Below, piece by piece: positions 24,986 through 33,575 of a DNA stretch of 36,923 nt. How positions within the stretch are numbered: position 1 is the first letter of the stretch; every line of letters starts with the position of its first letter. The position numbers were made by a program, and so were the translations under genes. The notes under the pieces were generated by a model. The model did no database searches. It was not told the origin of the DNA and was given only the letters and a program-made list of their open reading frames with translations. The DNA is from Minisyncoccota bacterium (GTDB lineage Bacteria; Patescibacteriota; Minisyncoccia; Phycocordibacterales; PALSA-1337), in the NCBI GenBank assembly GCA_036384775.1, contig DASVLR010000051.1, forward strand, positions 1 through 36,923, in the 5' to 3' direction.

Positions 24986-27136
24986 ATGTTCACCCATATT
25001 ATGAAGCGTGATGGAAGAGTTGTACCGTTTGATGCAAACAAGATCCAGTCGGCAATAACCAAGGCCGGAAGCTCAACCGGGGAATTTGACGCGGGCGTCG
25101 CATCTACTCTGGCGGCCGAAGTGGTTTCTCTTGCGGGAGAGATGATCGCATCGAAACTACCGACCGTTGAGGAAATACAGGATGTTGCCGAAGAGGTCCT
25201 GATGCGGTCCTCATATCACGCAACGGCTAAGGCATATGTGATCTACCGCGATCAGCACGCGCGCCTGCGCGAACTGACCAATCAGGCACATGTTGATCTT
25301 ATGGATGAGTATCTGAAGCGGCTCGACTGGCAGGTCAACGAGAACAGCAATATGGGCTTTTCATTGCAGGGCCTTAATAACTATGTCGCATCGGAAGTGA
25401 GCAAAGTGTATTGGCTCAACAAGATATATCCGGCCAACATCCGTGAGGCATATCTGCGCGGCGACTTCCACATCCACGATCTCAATGCCTTGTCGGTGTA
25501 CTGTGTCGGCTGGGACCTGATGGACCTGCTCATGGAAGGATTCGGAGGCGTTACGGGCAAGATGGAAAGCAAGCCTGCAAAGCACTTCAGAAGTGCGCTT
25601 GGCCAGGTGGTAAATTTCTTCTATACGCTTCAAGGAGAAGCGGCGGGAGCGCAGGCATTCTCTAACTTCGACACATTGCTTGCGCCGTTCATACGCTACG
25701 ACAAGCTCAGTTATGCGGATGTGAAGCAGGCCTTGCAGGAATTCGTCTTCAATATCAACGTGCCGACGCGCGTCGGATTCCAAACTCCGTTTACGAATGT
25801 CACGATCGACCTTCAGCCGCCGGCAAATCTGGCCGGAGTCCCGGTGATCATCGGAGGCGTTCCGCAAAAAGAGTTATACAGGGACTTCCAGGCCGAGATC
25901 GATATGTTCAACCGTGCCTTCCTTGAAGTGATGCTCGAGGGAGACGCAAAGGGTCGCGTCTTCACATTCCCGATCCCGACCTACAACATCACCAAGGATT
26001 TCGACTGGGATAATCCGAACCTTGAACTGTTGTGGCAGATCACCGCTAAATACGGCATCCCGTATTTCAGCAATTTCGTAAACTCGGATATGAAGCCGGA
26101 AGATGCCCGCTCGATGTGCTGCAGACTTCGTCTTGATACAACACAGCTCGAGAAGCGTGGTGGCGGATTGTTCGGCTCACATCCGCTGACCGGTTCTGTC
26201 GGCGTGGTCACTATCAATATGCCTCGTCTGGGTCACATCTCTGAAAACGAAGCCGATTTTATGAGCAGGCTCGAAGGACTTATGTGGCTCGCCAAGGAAA
26301 GCCTGGAACTCAAGCGCAAGACGATCGAGCATTTCACTGATGCTGATCTGTATCCGTACACCAAGTTCTATCTTCGTAAGATGAAAGAGCAGTTCGGCTG
26401 CTATTGGAAGAATCACTTCTCAACCATTGGTCTTGTTGGCATGAATGAAGCGTGCATGAACTTGCTCGGCTGTAGTATTACCGACGAGGAAGGTCATGCG
26501 TTCGCGATGCGTGTGATGGATAAGATGCGCAGCATTCTCGTCGAATATCAGCGCGAAACCGGCAATAACTACAATTTGGAAGCCACTCCGGCAGAAGGCA
26601 CTGCATACCGCTTGGCAAAGAAGGACAAGGAGCGCTATCCGGACATCGTTTGTGCCAATGAGGATGCGTACAAGAACGGAGCAGCCCCGTTCTATACAAA
26701 CTCAACTCATGTGCCGGTCAATTTCACCGACGATATGTTTGAAACGCTCGACGCTCAGGATGATCTTCAGGTGAAATATACTGGCGGTACCGTTATCCAT
26801 CTCTTCGTAAAGGAACGAGTGAAGGATATGGAAACAGTCAAAAACATCGTGCGCACGGTATGTTCGACGTATCGTCTGCCGTATTTCACGATCACGCCGA
26901 CATTTAGTGTGTGTCCGGTACACGGCTATCGCAATGGCGAGGAACATACCTGCACAGCCTGTGGCGCAAAAACAGAGGTGTACTCTCGCGTTGTCGGTTA
27001 TCTGCGTCCGGTCGAGCAGTGGAATAAGGGCAAAAAGGAGGAATTCAAGAATCGCCGCACATATATGACTTCTGCAGACACGTCAGATCACCATACCAAT
27101 GAACATAGGAGGACTCGAAAAATGCTCTCTCGTTGA
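24986..27136 (+). CDS. nrdD: Anaerobic ribonucleoside-triphosphate reductase (class III) with an N-terminal ATP-cone
   Basis: ATP-cone (IMKRDGRVVPFDANKIQSAI), a CCRL loop, a C-terminal Cys4 zinc site (CPVHG...CTACG) and a glycyl-radical motif (RVVGYLRP). Confidence 0.95.
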   Translation: MFTHIMKRDGRVVPFDANKIQSAITKAGSSTGEFDAGVASTLAAEVVSLAGEMIASKLPTVEEIQDVAEEVLMRSSYHATAKAYVIYRDQHARLRELTNQAHVDLMDEYLKRLDWQVNENSNMGFSLQGLNNYVASEVSKVYWLNKIYPANIREAYLRGDFHIHDLNALSVYCVGWDLMDLLMEGFGGVTGKMESKPAKHFRSALGQVVNFFYTLQGEAAGAQAFSNFDTLLAPFIRYDKLSYADVKQALQEFVFNINVPTRVGFQTPFTNVTIDLQPPANLAGVPVIIGGVPQKELYRDFQAEIDMFNRAFLEVMLEGDAKGRVFTFPIPTYNITKDFDWDNPNLELLWQITAKYGIPYFSNFVNSDMKPEDARSMCCRLRLDTTQLEKRGGGLFGSHPLTGSVGVVTINMPRLGHISENEADFMSRLEGLMWLAKESLELKRKTIEHFTDADLYPYTKFYLRKMKEQFGCYWKNHFSTIGLVGMNEACMNLLGCSITDEEGHAFAMRVMDKMRSILVEYQRETGNNYNLEATPAEGTAYRLAKKDKERYPDIVCANEDAYKNGAAPFYTNSTHVPVNFTDDMFETLDAQDDLQVKYTGGTVIHLFVKERVKDMETVKNIVRTVCSTYRLPYFTITPTFSVCPVHGYRNGEEHTCTACGAKTEVYSRVVGYLRPVEQWNKGKKEEFKNRRTYMTSADTSDHHTNEHRRTRKMLSR

Positions 27137-27797
27137 TTTCCCGGGTACCACGGCAGCCGTCGTGTTTACTCAGGGCTGCAACTTCCGGTGCGGGTATTGT
27201 CATAATCCTGAGCTGGTATATCCCACATTATTTGGTCAGGAGCTTCCTGAGGCAACCGTACTGAACTTTCTCAGACGACGAACAGGAAAATTGGGCGGGG
27301 TAGTCATCACCGGTGGTGAACCGACGATTCACCAGGATCTACCTGAATTCATTCGGGCCGTTAAGGCGCTCGGGTTTAAGGTTAAGCTCGACAGTAATGG
27401 CAGTAATCCGGCCGTGCTTAAATCACTCTATGATGAGCATCTGCTCGACTATGTGGCGATGGATATCAAGGGCCCGATGAAATCGTACTCTCAAGTTGCC
27501 TGCGCGCTTATCGAGCCAGATAAGATACTCAAGAGTATTGAGTACATCATGCATTCCGGAGTGCCGTATGAGTTTCGTACGACAGTGGTGAAATCTCAGA
27601 TACCCCCGGCTGATTTTGATGAGATCGGGGAACTTATCCGTGGCTCACGGCTCTATATTTTGCAAAAATTCAATCTGCCCCCTGCCTGGAAGATATGCAA
27701 TCAATCCTTCCTTGCTTCAAAGGCATACACAGATGAAGAATTTGAGCAGATACGGCGCAGGATGGAGTCGTACGTCGATGTGTGTACTATCAGATAA
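27099..27797 (+). CDS. nrdG: Anaerobic ribonucleotide reductase activating protein (radical SAM)
   Basis: CNFRCGYCHN radical-SAM cluster motif and GGEPT. It overlaps the nrdD 3' end by 38 nt. Confidence 0.9.
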   Translation: MNIGGLEKCSLVDFPGTTAAVVFTQGCNFRCGYCHNPELVYPTLFGQELPEATVLNFLRRRTGKLGGVVITGGEPTIHQDLPEFIRAVKALGFKVKLDSNGSNPAVLKSLYDEHLLDYVAMDIKGPMKSYSQVACALIEPDKILKSIEYIMHSGVPYEFRTTVVKSQIPPADFDEIGELIRGSRLYILQKFNLPPAWKICNQSFLASKAYTDEEFEQIRRRMESYVDVCTIR

Positions 27798-28943
27798 ATG
27801 CCCTATACTACAGATATGAAATCAGCAATAACCGGAGTACGAAATGCTGTCTCTCACGCAGTGTATCGAGGAGTCGTGAAGCCGATTTGTTTTCGCTTTG
27901 ATCCGGAATTGGTGCATGACTTCATTTCAAGCATCGGGGTCGGACTTGGAATGACTGCGATCGGCCGGCTCCTCACTCGCGCGGCATTCGGATACTCTCA
28001 CAAACAGCTCGAACAGGACGTTCTGGGTATTCACTTTAAAAACCCGGTCGGTTTGTCGGCCGGCTTCGATAAGAACGGCAAGCTTACCGATATCATGCCG
28101 TCTGTCGGTTTCGGCTTTGTTGAGGTCGGCTCCGTAACCGGTAGTCCGTGCGCGGGTAATCCTAAGCCGCGATTGTGGCGTGTTCCGCAAGCAAAAAGTC
28201 TGCTCGTCTATTACGGACTCGCAAATGACGGTGCGGCCGTTATTGCCTCGAGACTTTCTCAGAAACGATTTGCAATTCCGGTGGGTGTGAGCGTTGCCAT
28301 GACCAACTGCAAAACTACGCTGGATATCTCGGAAGCCGTCGAAGACTACGCCCGCGCATTCGAGACGGTCAAGGAGTTGGCGAGCTACATCACCGTGAAC
28401 ATAAGTTGCCCGAATACAGTGGGCGGCCAGCCATTCCTGAACGGCGATCATCTCAATCGCTTGCTCACGCGGCTCGACAGTATTCCGACCGCGAAGCCGG
28501 TGTTTATCAAATTATCACCGGATATGGCGATGACCGATGTCGACTCTCTGCTGGAAATCGCCGCGGGACATCGGGTGCAGGGTATCATTTGCACAAATCT
28601 CACGAAACGTCGTGTCGCGCAGGGTTTACAAGACGGCATGAATCGAAAGGGCGGACTTTCCGGTAAGGCAGTTAATTCCGAGGCAGATGCATTGCTGGCT
28701 CATGTATATCGCACTGCCGGCAAGCGCTTTGTGATTGTCGGGGTCGGCGGCATATTCTCAGCCGAGGATGCCTATCGCAAAATTCGCCTCGGTGCCTCGC
28801 TTGTTCAGCTTATAACAGGTATGATTTTCGAAGGACCGCAGCTTATTAGTGATATCAACCTCGGTCTCGTCAGACTTCTCAAACGAGATGGACTGACATC
28901 GATACGCGATGCGATCGGCATCGATAATCCACTTCGCAATTAA
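27798..28943 (+). CDS. pyrD: Dihydroorotate dehydrogenase, class-2-like architecture with Cys at the catalytic-base position
   Basis: Class-2-type N-terminal extension (FRFDPELVHDF), GFGFVEVGSVT, GNPKPRLWRV and GGLSGKA. The active-site loop reads NISCPNT (Cys codon 28407-28409). Confidence 0.9.
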   Translation: MPYTTDMKSAITGVRNAVSHAVYRGVVKPICFRFDPELVHDFISSIGVGLGMTAIGRLLTRAAFGYSHKQLEQDVLGIHFKNPVGLSAGFDKNGKLTDIMPSVGFGFVEVGSVTGSPCAGNPKPRLWRVPQAKSLLVYYGLANDGAAVIASRLSQKRFAIPVGVSVAMTNCKTTLDISEAVEDYARAFETVKELASYITVNISCPNTVGGQPFLNGDHLNRLLTRLDSIPTAKPVFIKLSPDMAMTDVDSLLEIAAGHRVQGIICTNLTKRRVAQGLQDGMNRKGGLSGKAVNSEADALLAHVYRTAGKRFVIVGVGGIFSAEDAYRKIRLGASLVQLITGMIFEGPQLISDINLGLVRLLKRDGLTSIRDAIGIDNPLRN

Positions 28944-28945
28944 CT

Positions 28946-29578
28946 ATGATGGGAAGACTTGCCATTGCCCGGCACCAGGAATCAGCTTGGAACAAGCTCG
29001 GCAAATGGACCGGTTCCGTAAATATCGGACTTTCATCCGAAGGGTTCGAAGAGTCCAGAGCCATGGGCCGCCTCATCGGTGATCTCAATATTAGCCAGGC
29101 ATTTGCTTCGGCACAGATCCGTTCACTCGAAACGCTTCTGTGTATGGAAGACGGCATCTGTCTTGATGTTCCGGTTACGCGAAATGCCGCTCTCAACGAG
29201 CGCGATTACGGCGAATACACCGGCAAGAATAAGTGGGATATGGAAAAGCTTCTGGGCGAAACAGAGTTTCTCAAGCTGCGCCGTGAATGGGACTATCCCG
29301 TACCGGGCGGCGAATCTCTCAAGATGGTCTATGAACGTGTCGTTCCGTATTACACAAGCCACATAGTTCCGGCACTGGCCTCGGGGGCAAACGTGCTCAT
29401 TGTTGCGCACGGCAATTCACTGCGTGCACTTATCAAATACATAGAGAGTGTCGCCGATGTTGATATGGTACACACCGAAATGCCATTTGAGACGGTCATC
29501 GTCTACGATGTTGATGAGACCGGTAAAATGAAACGCAAACAGGTCCGCAGCCTCGAAAAAATAGCGCACAAACAGTGA
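28946..29578 (+). CDS. gpmA: Histidine-phosphatase superfamily protein, short 2,3-BPG-dependent phosphoglycerate mutase type
   Basis: RHQESAWN (RHG-type catalytic His), NERDYGEYTG and AHGNSLRAL motifs. Length is 210 aa. Confidence 0.7.
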   Translation: MMGRLAIARHQESAWNKLGKWTGSVNIGLSSEGFEESRAMGRLIGDLNISQAFASAQIRSLETLLCMEDGICLDVPVTRNAALNERDYGEYTGKNKWDMEKLLGETEFLKLRREWDYPVPGGESLKMVYERVVPYYTSHIVPALASGANVLIVAHGNSLRALIKYIESVADVDMVHTEMPFETVIVYDVDETGKMKRKQVRSLEKIAHKQ

Positions 29579-29584
29579 TATACT
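29576..29584 (+). promoter_or_regulatory. Extended -10 element (TGaTATACT) upstream of gnd
   Basis: The hexamer at 29579-84 ends 6 nt before the gnd ATG (29591). It overlaps the gpmA stop codon, and I saw no convincing -35. Confidence 0.45.
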
Positions 29585-29590
29585 TCCGAT

Positions 29591-30601
29591 ATGAAAACAA
29601 CATCCACGGCTTCCTCTAAGACTTTGAACTCCACGCCGGCGCTCGCAATTTTTGGTCTCGGTCGCATGGGCGGACAAATCGCGCGCAGACTGACCTCGAA
29701 GGGATTTCCTGTCATTGCATGGAATCGATCTCCTGAGCCGGTAGAAGAGATACGCAAAGCCGGGGTGAGCGCAACCGCAGATCTCGCTGGTGCCGTCACA
29801 TTGTTGTATGAAAAGACCGACCCGAAGCAGCCGCGTATTTTCTGGGTGATGCTGCCGCATAAGATCGTCGACGATTTTATTTTTGGCACGGAGCACTTGG
29901 GTCAGTTCCTTCGGAAGGGCGATATCGTCATTGATGGCGGCAATTCATACTATAAAGACTCGATGAAGCGCGCTGCCAAGCTCGCCAAGAAGGGCATACA
30001 TTTCTTTGATTGTGGTACCTCGGGCGGAGTTCATGGCGAGAAAAACGGCTTCGCACTCATGATCGGTGGCGAGAAAAAAGTCTGGCACATCGTCGAGCCT
30101 ATTTTCGAGGCTCTTTCTTCGGGTCCGGGTACAGGTCCGGAGGCATCAGGATATAACTATGCACTCCTTGGCAAGGCGGGTGCAGGCCACTTCACCAAAA
30201 TGGTTCATAACGGTATAGAGTACGGCATGATGGAGGCTATCGGTGAAGGGTATGCGGTGCTTGAAGCGAGCCCGTTCAAACTCAACCTCACTGATGTCAC
30301 GCGCGTATACCAAAAGGGATCAGTCGTTCGTTCATGGCTTATTGATCTGTGCAGAAATATTTTTGAACACGAAAATGTGAAAGGCACTGTCGGCAAAATT
30401 GATGCGACCGGAGAGGGTGAGTGGACAGTCAAAGCCGGTGAAGAATTTGGCGTTGATGTACGTGTGATAAGAAGCTCTCTTGATGTGCGCCGCGAATCTG
30501 CGGAGCCTAAAAATCAGAAAAAATATTCAAATAAAATCGTCGCATTGCTCCGAAAGCAATTTGGGGGCCATGCCATATACTCCAAAACGGACGCGGTCTA
30601 A
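29591..30601 (+). CDS. gnd: 6-phosphogluconate dehydrogenase (decarboxylating), short YqeC/GntZ-like form
   Basis: N-terminal Rossmann (IFGLGRMGGQIARRL), DGGNSYYKDS and GAGHFTKMVHNGIEYGMMEAIGEG. Confidence 0.85.
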   Translation: MKTTSTASSKTLNSTPALAIFGLGRMGGQIARRLTSKGFPVIAWNRSPEPVEEIRKAGVSATADLAGAVTLLYEKTDPKQPRIFWVMLPHKIVDDFIFGTEHLGQFLRKGDIVIDGGNSYYKDSMKRAAKLAKKGIHFFDCGTSGGVHGEKNGFALMIGGEKKVWHIVEPIFEALSSGPGTGPEASGYNYALLGKAGAGHFTKMVHNGIEYGMMEAIGEGYAVLEASPFKLNLTDVTRVYQKGSVVRSWLIDLCRNIFEHENVKGTVGKIDATGEGEWTVKAGEEFGVDVRVIRSSLDVRRESAEPKNQKKYSNKIVALLRKQFGGHAIYSKTDAV

Positions 30602-30651
30602 TTACGGCTCAGCTGGAGCTCGACTAGACCACGAAAGCCACGACATGCATA

Positions 30652-30681
30652 TTGTGAGAGGTCAAAGCACCGTGGTATACT
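30652..30681 (+). promoter_or_regulatory. Promoter of the first sortase gene
   Basis: TTGTGA, an 18-nt spacer, then TGgTATACT. The ATG lies 14 nt downstream of the hexamer. Confidence 0.55.
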
Positions 30682-30695
30682 GTGATCAAGAATAA

Positions 30696-31373
30696 ATGAA
30701 TAACAAATATACCAAGTACGCCCTCGGGGCGCTCGTGTTTTTAGTAGTTTTCGGTTCATTCCATTACGAGGCAAAGTCGGCAGTTAAGCCGCAAATTCTT
30801 GCCTACTCAGAAGTAACGGGCACTCTTTCGACCCATGCCGTACAACCAGTTCAGCAGACATCCACTACTATAACGGGCCAACTCACCGCAACTGTCGTTC
30901 CGAGCGTCATTACTCCGGTGTCAAATGCTACTCCGGCTCGCATATCGATCCCGACCGCCACGGTCAACGCCGAGATCATTCCGATCGGTGTTACAAAGAC
31001 CAACAACCTCGATGTTCCGCCTAATTTCGTTCAGACCGGCTGGTACAAGTATGGTCCTATCCCTGGCCAGATCGGCAATGCAGTCATCGATGGTCACGTC
31101 GATAATGCCGGCTCTATTGATGGTCCGTTCAAGCACCTTACCAATGCCAGGGTCGGCGATGAGATCTATGTAACTATGTCCGATGGTTCAGTTGTGACGT
31201 TTGTAGTTACCGATGCATCGATCTATCTCACTACCCAGTTTCCGTCGAGGTCAGTCTTCGTCGGTGACGGACAGACTGCCGTCCTCAAAATTATTACCTG
31301 CAACGGCACGTATAAACCCTCAATGGGGACCTACGATCATCGTCTTATAGTGACAGCGGTGCGCAAAAACTAA
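30696..31373 (+). CDS. Sortase family transpeptidase (class-F-like)
   Basis: N-terminal TM, then PARISIP...GWYKYGPIPGQIGNAVIDGHVD (catalytic His), then LKIITCNG (TxxTC-type Cys) and RLIVTA (Arg). Confidence 0.85.
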   Translation: MNNKYTKYALGALVFLVVFGSFHYEAKSAVKPQILAYSEVTGTLSTHAVQPVQQTSTTITGQLTATVVPSVITPVSNATPARISIPTATVNAEIIPIGVTKTNNLDVPPNFVQTGWYKYGPIPGQIGNAVIDGHVDNAGSIDGPFKHLTNARVGDEIYVTMSDGSVVTFVVTDASIYLTTQFPSRSVFVGDGQTAVLKIITCNGTYKPSMGTYDHRLIVTAVRKN

Positions 31374-31401
31374 CCAGCACCATAGCTCAACGGTATCCCG
31401 C

Positions 31402-31428
31402 TACAGCCCGGCACACAGCTGGGCTGTA
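31402..31428 (+). terminator. Stem-loop between sortase 1 and the substrate gene (weak terminator or processing site)
   Basis: 8-bp stem tacagccc / gggctgta with an 11-nt loop and no U-tract. Confidence 0.35.
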
Positions 31429-31487
31429 CGCTGTAAGAAAGCCCTACAAATGGCGTCACACATAGTGCGGTCGTTTATCAGCAATAA

Positions 31488-31985
31488 ATGTACAACAACA
31501 CTATGTTCAAGAAAACTTCTTATGCTGTCATGGGTGCCTTGATGCTCGGTAGCGCGCTCCTGCCGCTTGCGGCTTCTGCTCAGACTACCGTCTCAGGCGT
31601 TCAGGCAGTCATGCCGGTTCTCTATAACGCAAGTGGTCAGCCGGTCAACGTAAACACTACCGGTCCCCTCGCCGCAGGTTATTACTACCTCGGTACGGGC
31701 GCAACCCAGCAGGTGTATTACTACGGTAACGGCGTCTACTACAACCCTTCAACGGGAGTGTATGGAGGCAGTGCAGTCAACAATCCGAACGGTACTTCAG
31801 GCGTCGCACTCGGTTATTCAACCGATGTGACTAACCCGGCTTCAGTCACGACAACCCCGGGTGTACCGAACACTGGTGCGGGAGGTGAGGCAACGGCAAC
31901 ATGGGTCACACTTATCCTCGCAGCTCTCGTAGTTGCAGGCGGTGTGGCATATCTTGTCACCACGCGTCCGGCTCGCCAGATGTAG
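31488..31985 (+). CDS. Small secreted sortase substrate with a VPNTG cell-wall sorting signal and a Tyr/Gly/Asn-rich mature region
   Basis: Signal peptide ending ASA|Q. The C-terminus has VPNTG (31863-31877), a hydrophobic helix and an RPAR tail. The mature segment of about 99 aa uses only 12 amino-acid types. Confidence 0.75.
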   Translation: MYNNTMFKKTSYAVMGALMLGSALLPLAASAQTTVSGVQAVMPVLYNASGQPVNVNTTGPLAAGYYYLGTGATQQVYYYGNGVYYNPSTGVYGGSAVNNPNGTSGVALGYSTDVTNPASVTTTPGVPNTGAGGEATATWVTLILAALVVAGGVAYLVTTRPARQM

Positions 31986-32006
31986 TCCAACAAAATTGAA
32001 TTGTAA

Positions 32007-32042
32007 GCACGGCGGGCTCCGTAACACGGGGCCCGCCTGTGC
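32007..32042 (+). terminator. Long GC-rich hairpin after the substrate gene (terminator-like)
   Basis: gcac-ggcgggc ... gcccgcc-t-gtgc with an inner ccg/cgg extension. The U-tract is poor. Confidence 0.5.
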
Positions 32043-32054
32043 GTTATACCTAGT

Positions 32055-32756
32055 ATGAATACCTCAACCGCACATAGATTTAGGCAGGCCTCGATTATGG
32101 TCGTTATTGTTCTTGCAGCCACGGTCTTTTTGCGTACGTTTGTAAACGCCTCTTTCTATGCACCAGATGATGCCGCACCAGTCGGTGGTCTTGTGAGTGA
32201 GATGGCGGGTGTGGCGGCTGCATTAGCCGGCGACGGATCCGAACAACATGCGCCGGGCTCCGGCGGGAAAGCCGCGGTCAAACCCGCACCGAAACCGATA
32301 CCCGCAAATTATCCGGTACATATCGCCATTCCGTCAGTCTATATCGATGCAAACATGCAGCAGACGACGATAAATGCAAAAGGAGCCATGGGTGTGCCGA
32401 CCAATTTCAGTGATGTAGCGTGGTACGTGAACGGTGTTATACCGGGTGATCCGGGTACGGCAGTAATCGACGGTCATTACGATAACGGTCTCGGTCTTGA
32501 TGGCGTCTTCAAACACCTTGGTGAGGTGCAAAACGGGGATGATATCTACATCACCCGGAAGGACGGTAAAAAGATGCACTTCAAAATTACCTCAACCGAG
32601 CTCATCCCGTACGATGATCCCGCTACGGCACAGAAGGTCTTCGACCCCCAGACATTTCGTTCGGAGATAAAGCTGGTGACATGCAGCGGCACGTGGATTT
32701 CGTCGGACAAAACCTATAACCAGCGTATTGTAGTGACGGCGGTGCTTGCAGACTAA
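32055..32756 (+). CDS. Sortase family transpeptidase (class-F-like), paralog of 30696-31373
   Basis: N-terminal TM, VHIAIPS...AWYVNGVIPGDPGTAVIDGHYD, IKLVTCSG and RIVVTA. Confidence 0.85.
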   Translation: MNTSTAHRFRQASIMVVIVLAATVFLRTFVNASFYAPDDAAPVGGLVSEMAGVAAALAGDGSEQHAPGSGGKAAVKPAPKPIPANYPVHIAIPSVYIDANMQQTTINAKGAMGVPTNFSDVAWYVNGVIPGDPGTAVIDGHYDNGLGLDGVFKHLGEVQNGDDIYITRKDGKKMHFKITSTELIPYDDPATAQKVFDPQTFRSEIKLVTCSGTWISSDKTYNQRIVVTAVLAD

Positions 32757-32828
32757 TATATACACGTCTCGAAACAGGGATTGCAGAAAGTCAGGCGCAG
32801 GTATTAAATAGAGCACAAAAGGACCCAC

Positions 32829-33482
32829 ATGAGTTCTATGACAGCTTCACCCACGTCGGCCGATTTGGCCTCCGCTGATCGGGCACTCGTCGACTCCTTC
32901 AAGGGAGGAAACGAGAACGCCTTTACCGAGCTGCTGCACCATCACTACGAACGGGTGCATTCACTCGTGCTGCGCCTGCTGCGCAATCGACAAGATGCCG
33001 AAGAAATTACCCAGGACGCTTTTATCCGCGTCCACCGGGGCCTCGCCAATTTTCGCGGAGACAGTTCGTTCTCAACCTGGCTCTGCCGAATCGCACTCAA
33101 TCTCGCGCGAAATCGTTATTGGTATTGGTGGCGCCGTCGTCGCGATCAACACATGTGCATTGATGCTCCACTCACTTCTGAGGGCGATCTGACCCTCGCT
33201 GACATTATCCCGTCTGAGTCATATGATGCCGGCGAGGAAGCCGTCTTCCACGAATTTATCGACGGTATCAGCGGGGCCATGGATCGGCTGACGACCAAGC
33301 ATCACGAGATCCTGATTTTACGCAATGTCCAAGGCCTCTCGTACGAGGAGATCGCCGCGATACTCAACATTAATGTTGGGACGGTCAAAAGCCGTATCGC
33401 CCGTGCAAGACTTACGCTCTATTGGCATCTCAAAAGCCGCGGGCTTGCCGATGGTATTCGTATACGCACGCAGCAGGTTTGA
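32829..33482 (+). CDS. RNA polymerase sigma factor, ECF (sigma-24) subfamily
   Basis: Region 2 (AEEITQDAFIRVHRGLANFRGDSSFSTWLCRIALNLARN) and a region 4 HTH (LSYEEIAAILNINVGTVKSRIARAR). No anti-sigma gene follows. Confidence 0.85.
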   Translation: MSSMTASPTSADLASADRALVDSFKGGNENAFTELLHHHYERVHSLVLRLLRNRQDAEEITQDAFIRVHRGLANFRGDSSFSTWLCRIALNLARNRYWYWWRRRRDQHMCIDAPLTSEGDLTLADIIPSESYDAGEEAVFHEFIDGISGAMDRLTTKHHEILILRNVQGLSYEEIAAILNINVGTVKSRIARARLTLYWHLKSRGLADGIRIRTQQV

Positions 33483-33511
33483 TCTCTGTGCTGCCGGCAC
33501 CCGTTCCCATC

Positions 33512-33545
33512 GCGGCCCATTCATCCGGGCCGCATTTTCGTTTAT
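33512..33545 (+). terminator. Rho-independent terminator after the sigma factor gene
   Basis: Stem gcggccc / gggccgc with an 8-nt loop, followed by ATTTTCGTTT. Confidence 0.7.
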
Positions 33546-33557
33546 AGGGCATATTTG

Positions 33558-33566
33558 TGTTAGGAT
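33558..33566 (+). promoter_or_regulatory. Extended -10 element (TGtTAGGAT) upstream of rnr
   Basis: The hexamer ends 9 nt before the ATG at 33576. Confidence 0.45.
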
Positions 33567-33575
33567 GTTCGTAAC

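Noticed and set aside
31488-31985. Interpretation of the sortase substrate as a classical Lys-isopeptide pilin polymerised by a pilin-specific sortase.
   Set aside because: The mature region contains no lysine at all, so no YPKN-type pilin motif is possible. Both sortases resemble class F rather than class C, with no obvious lid motif by eye.
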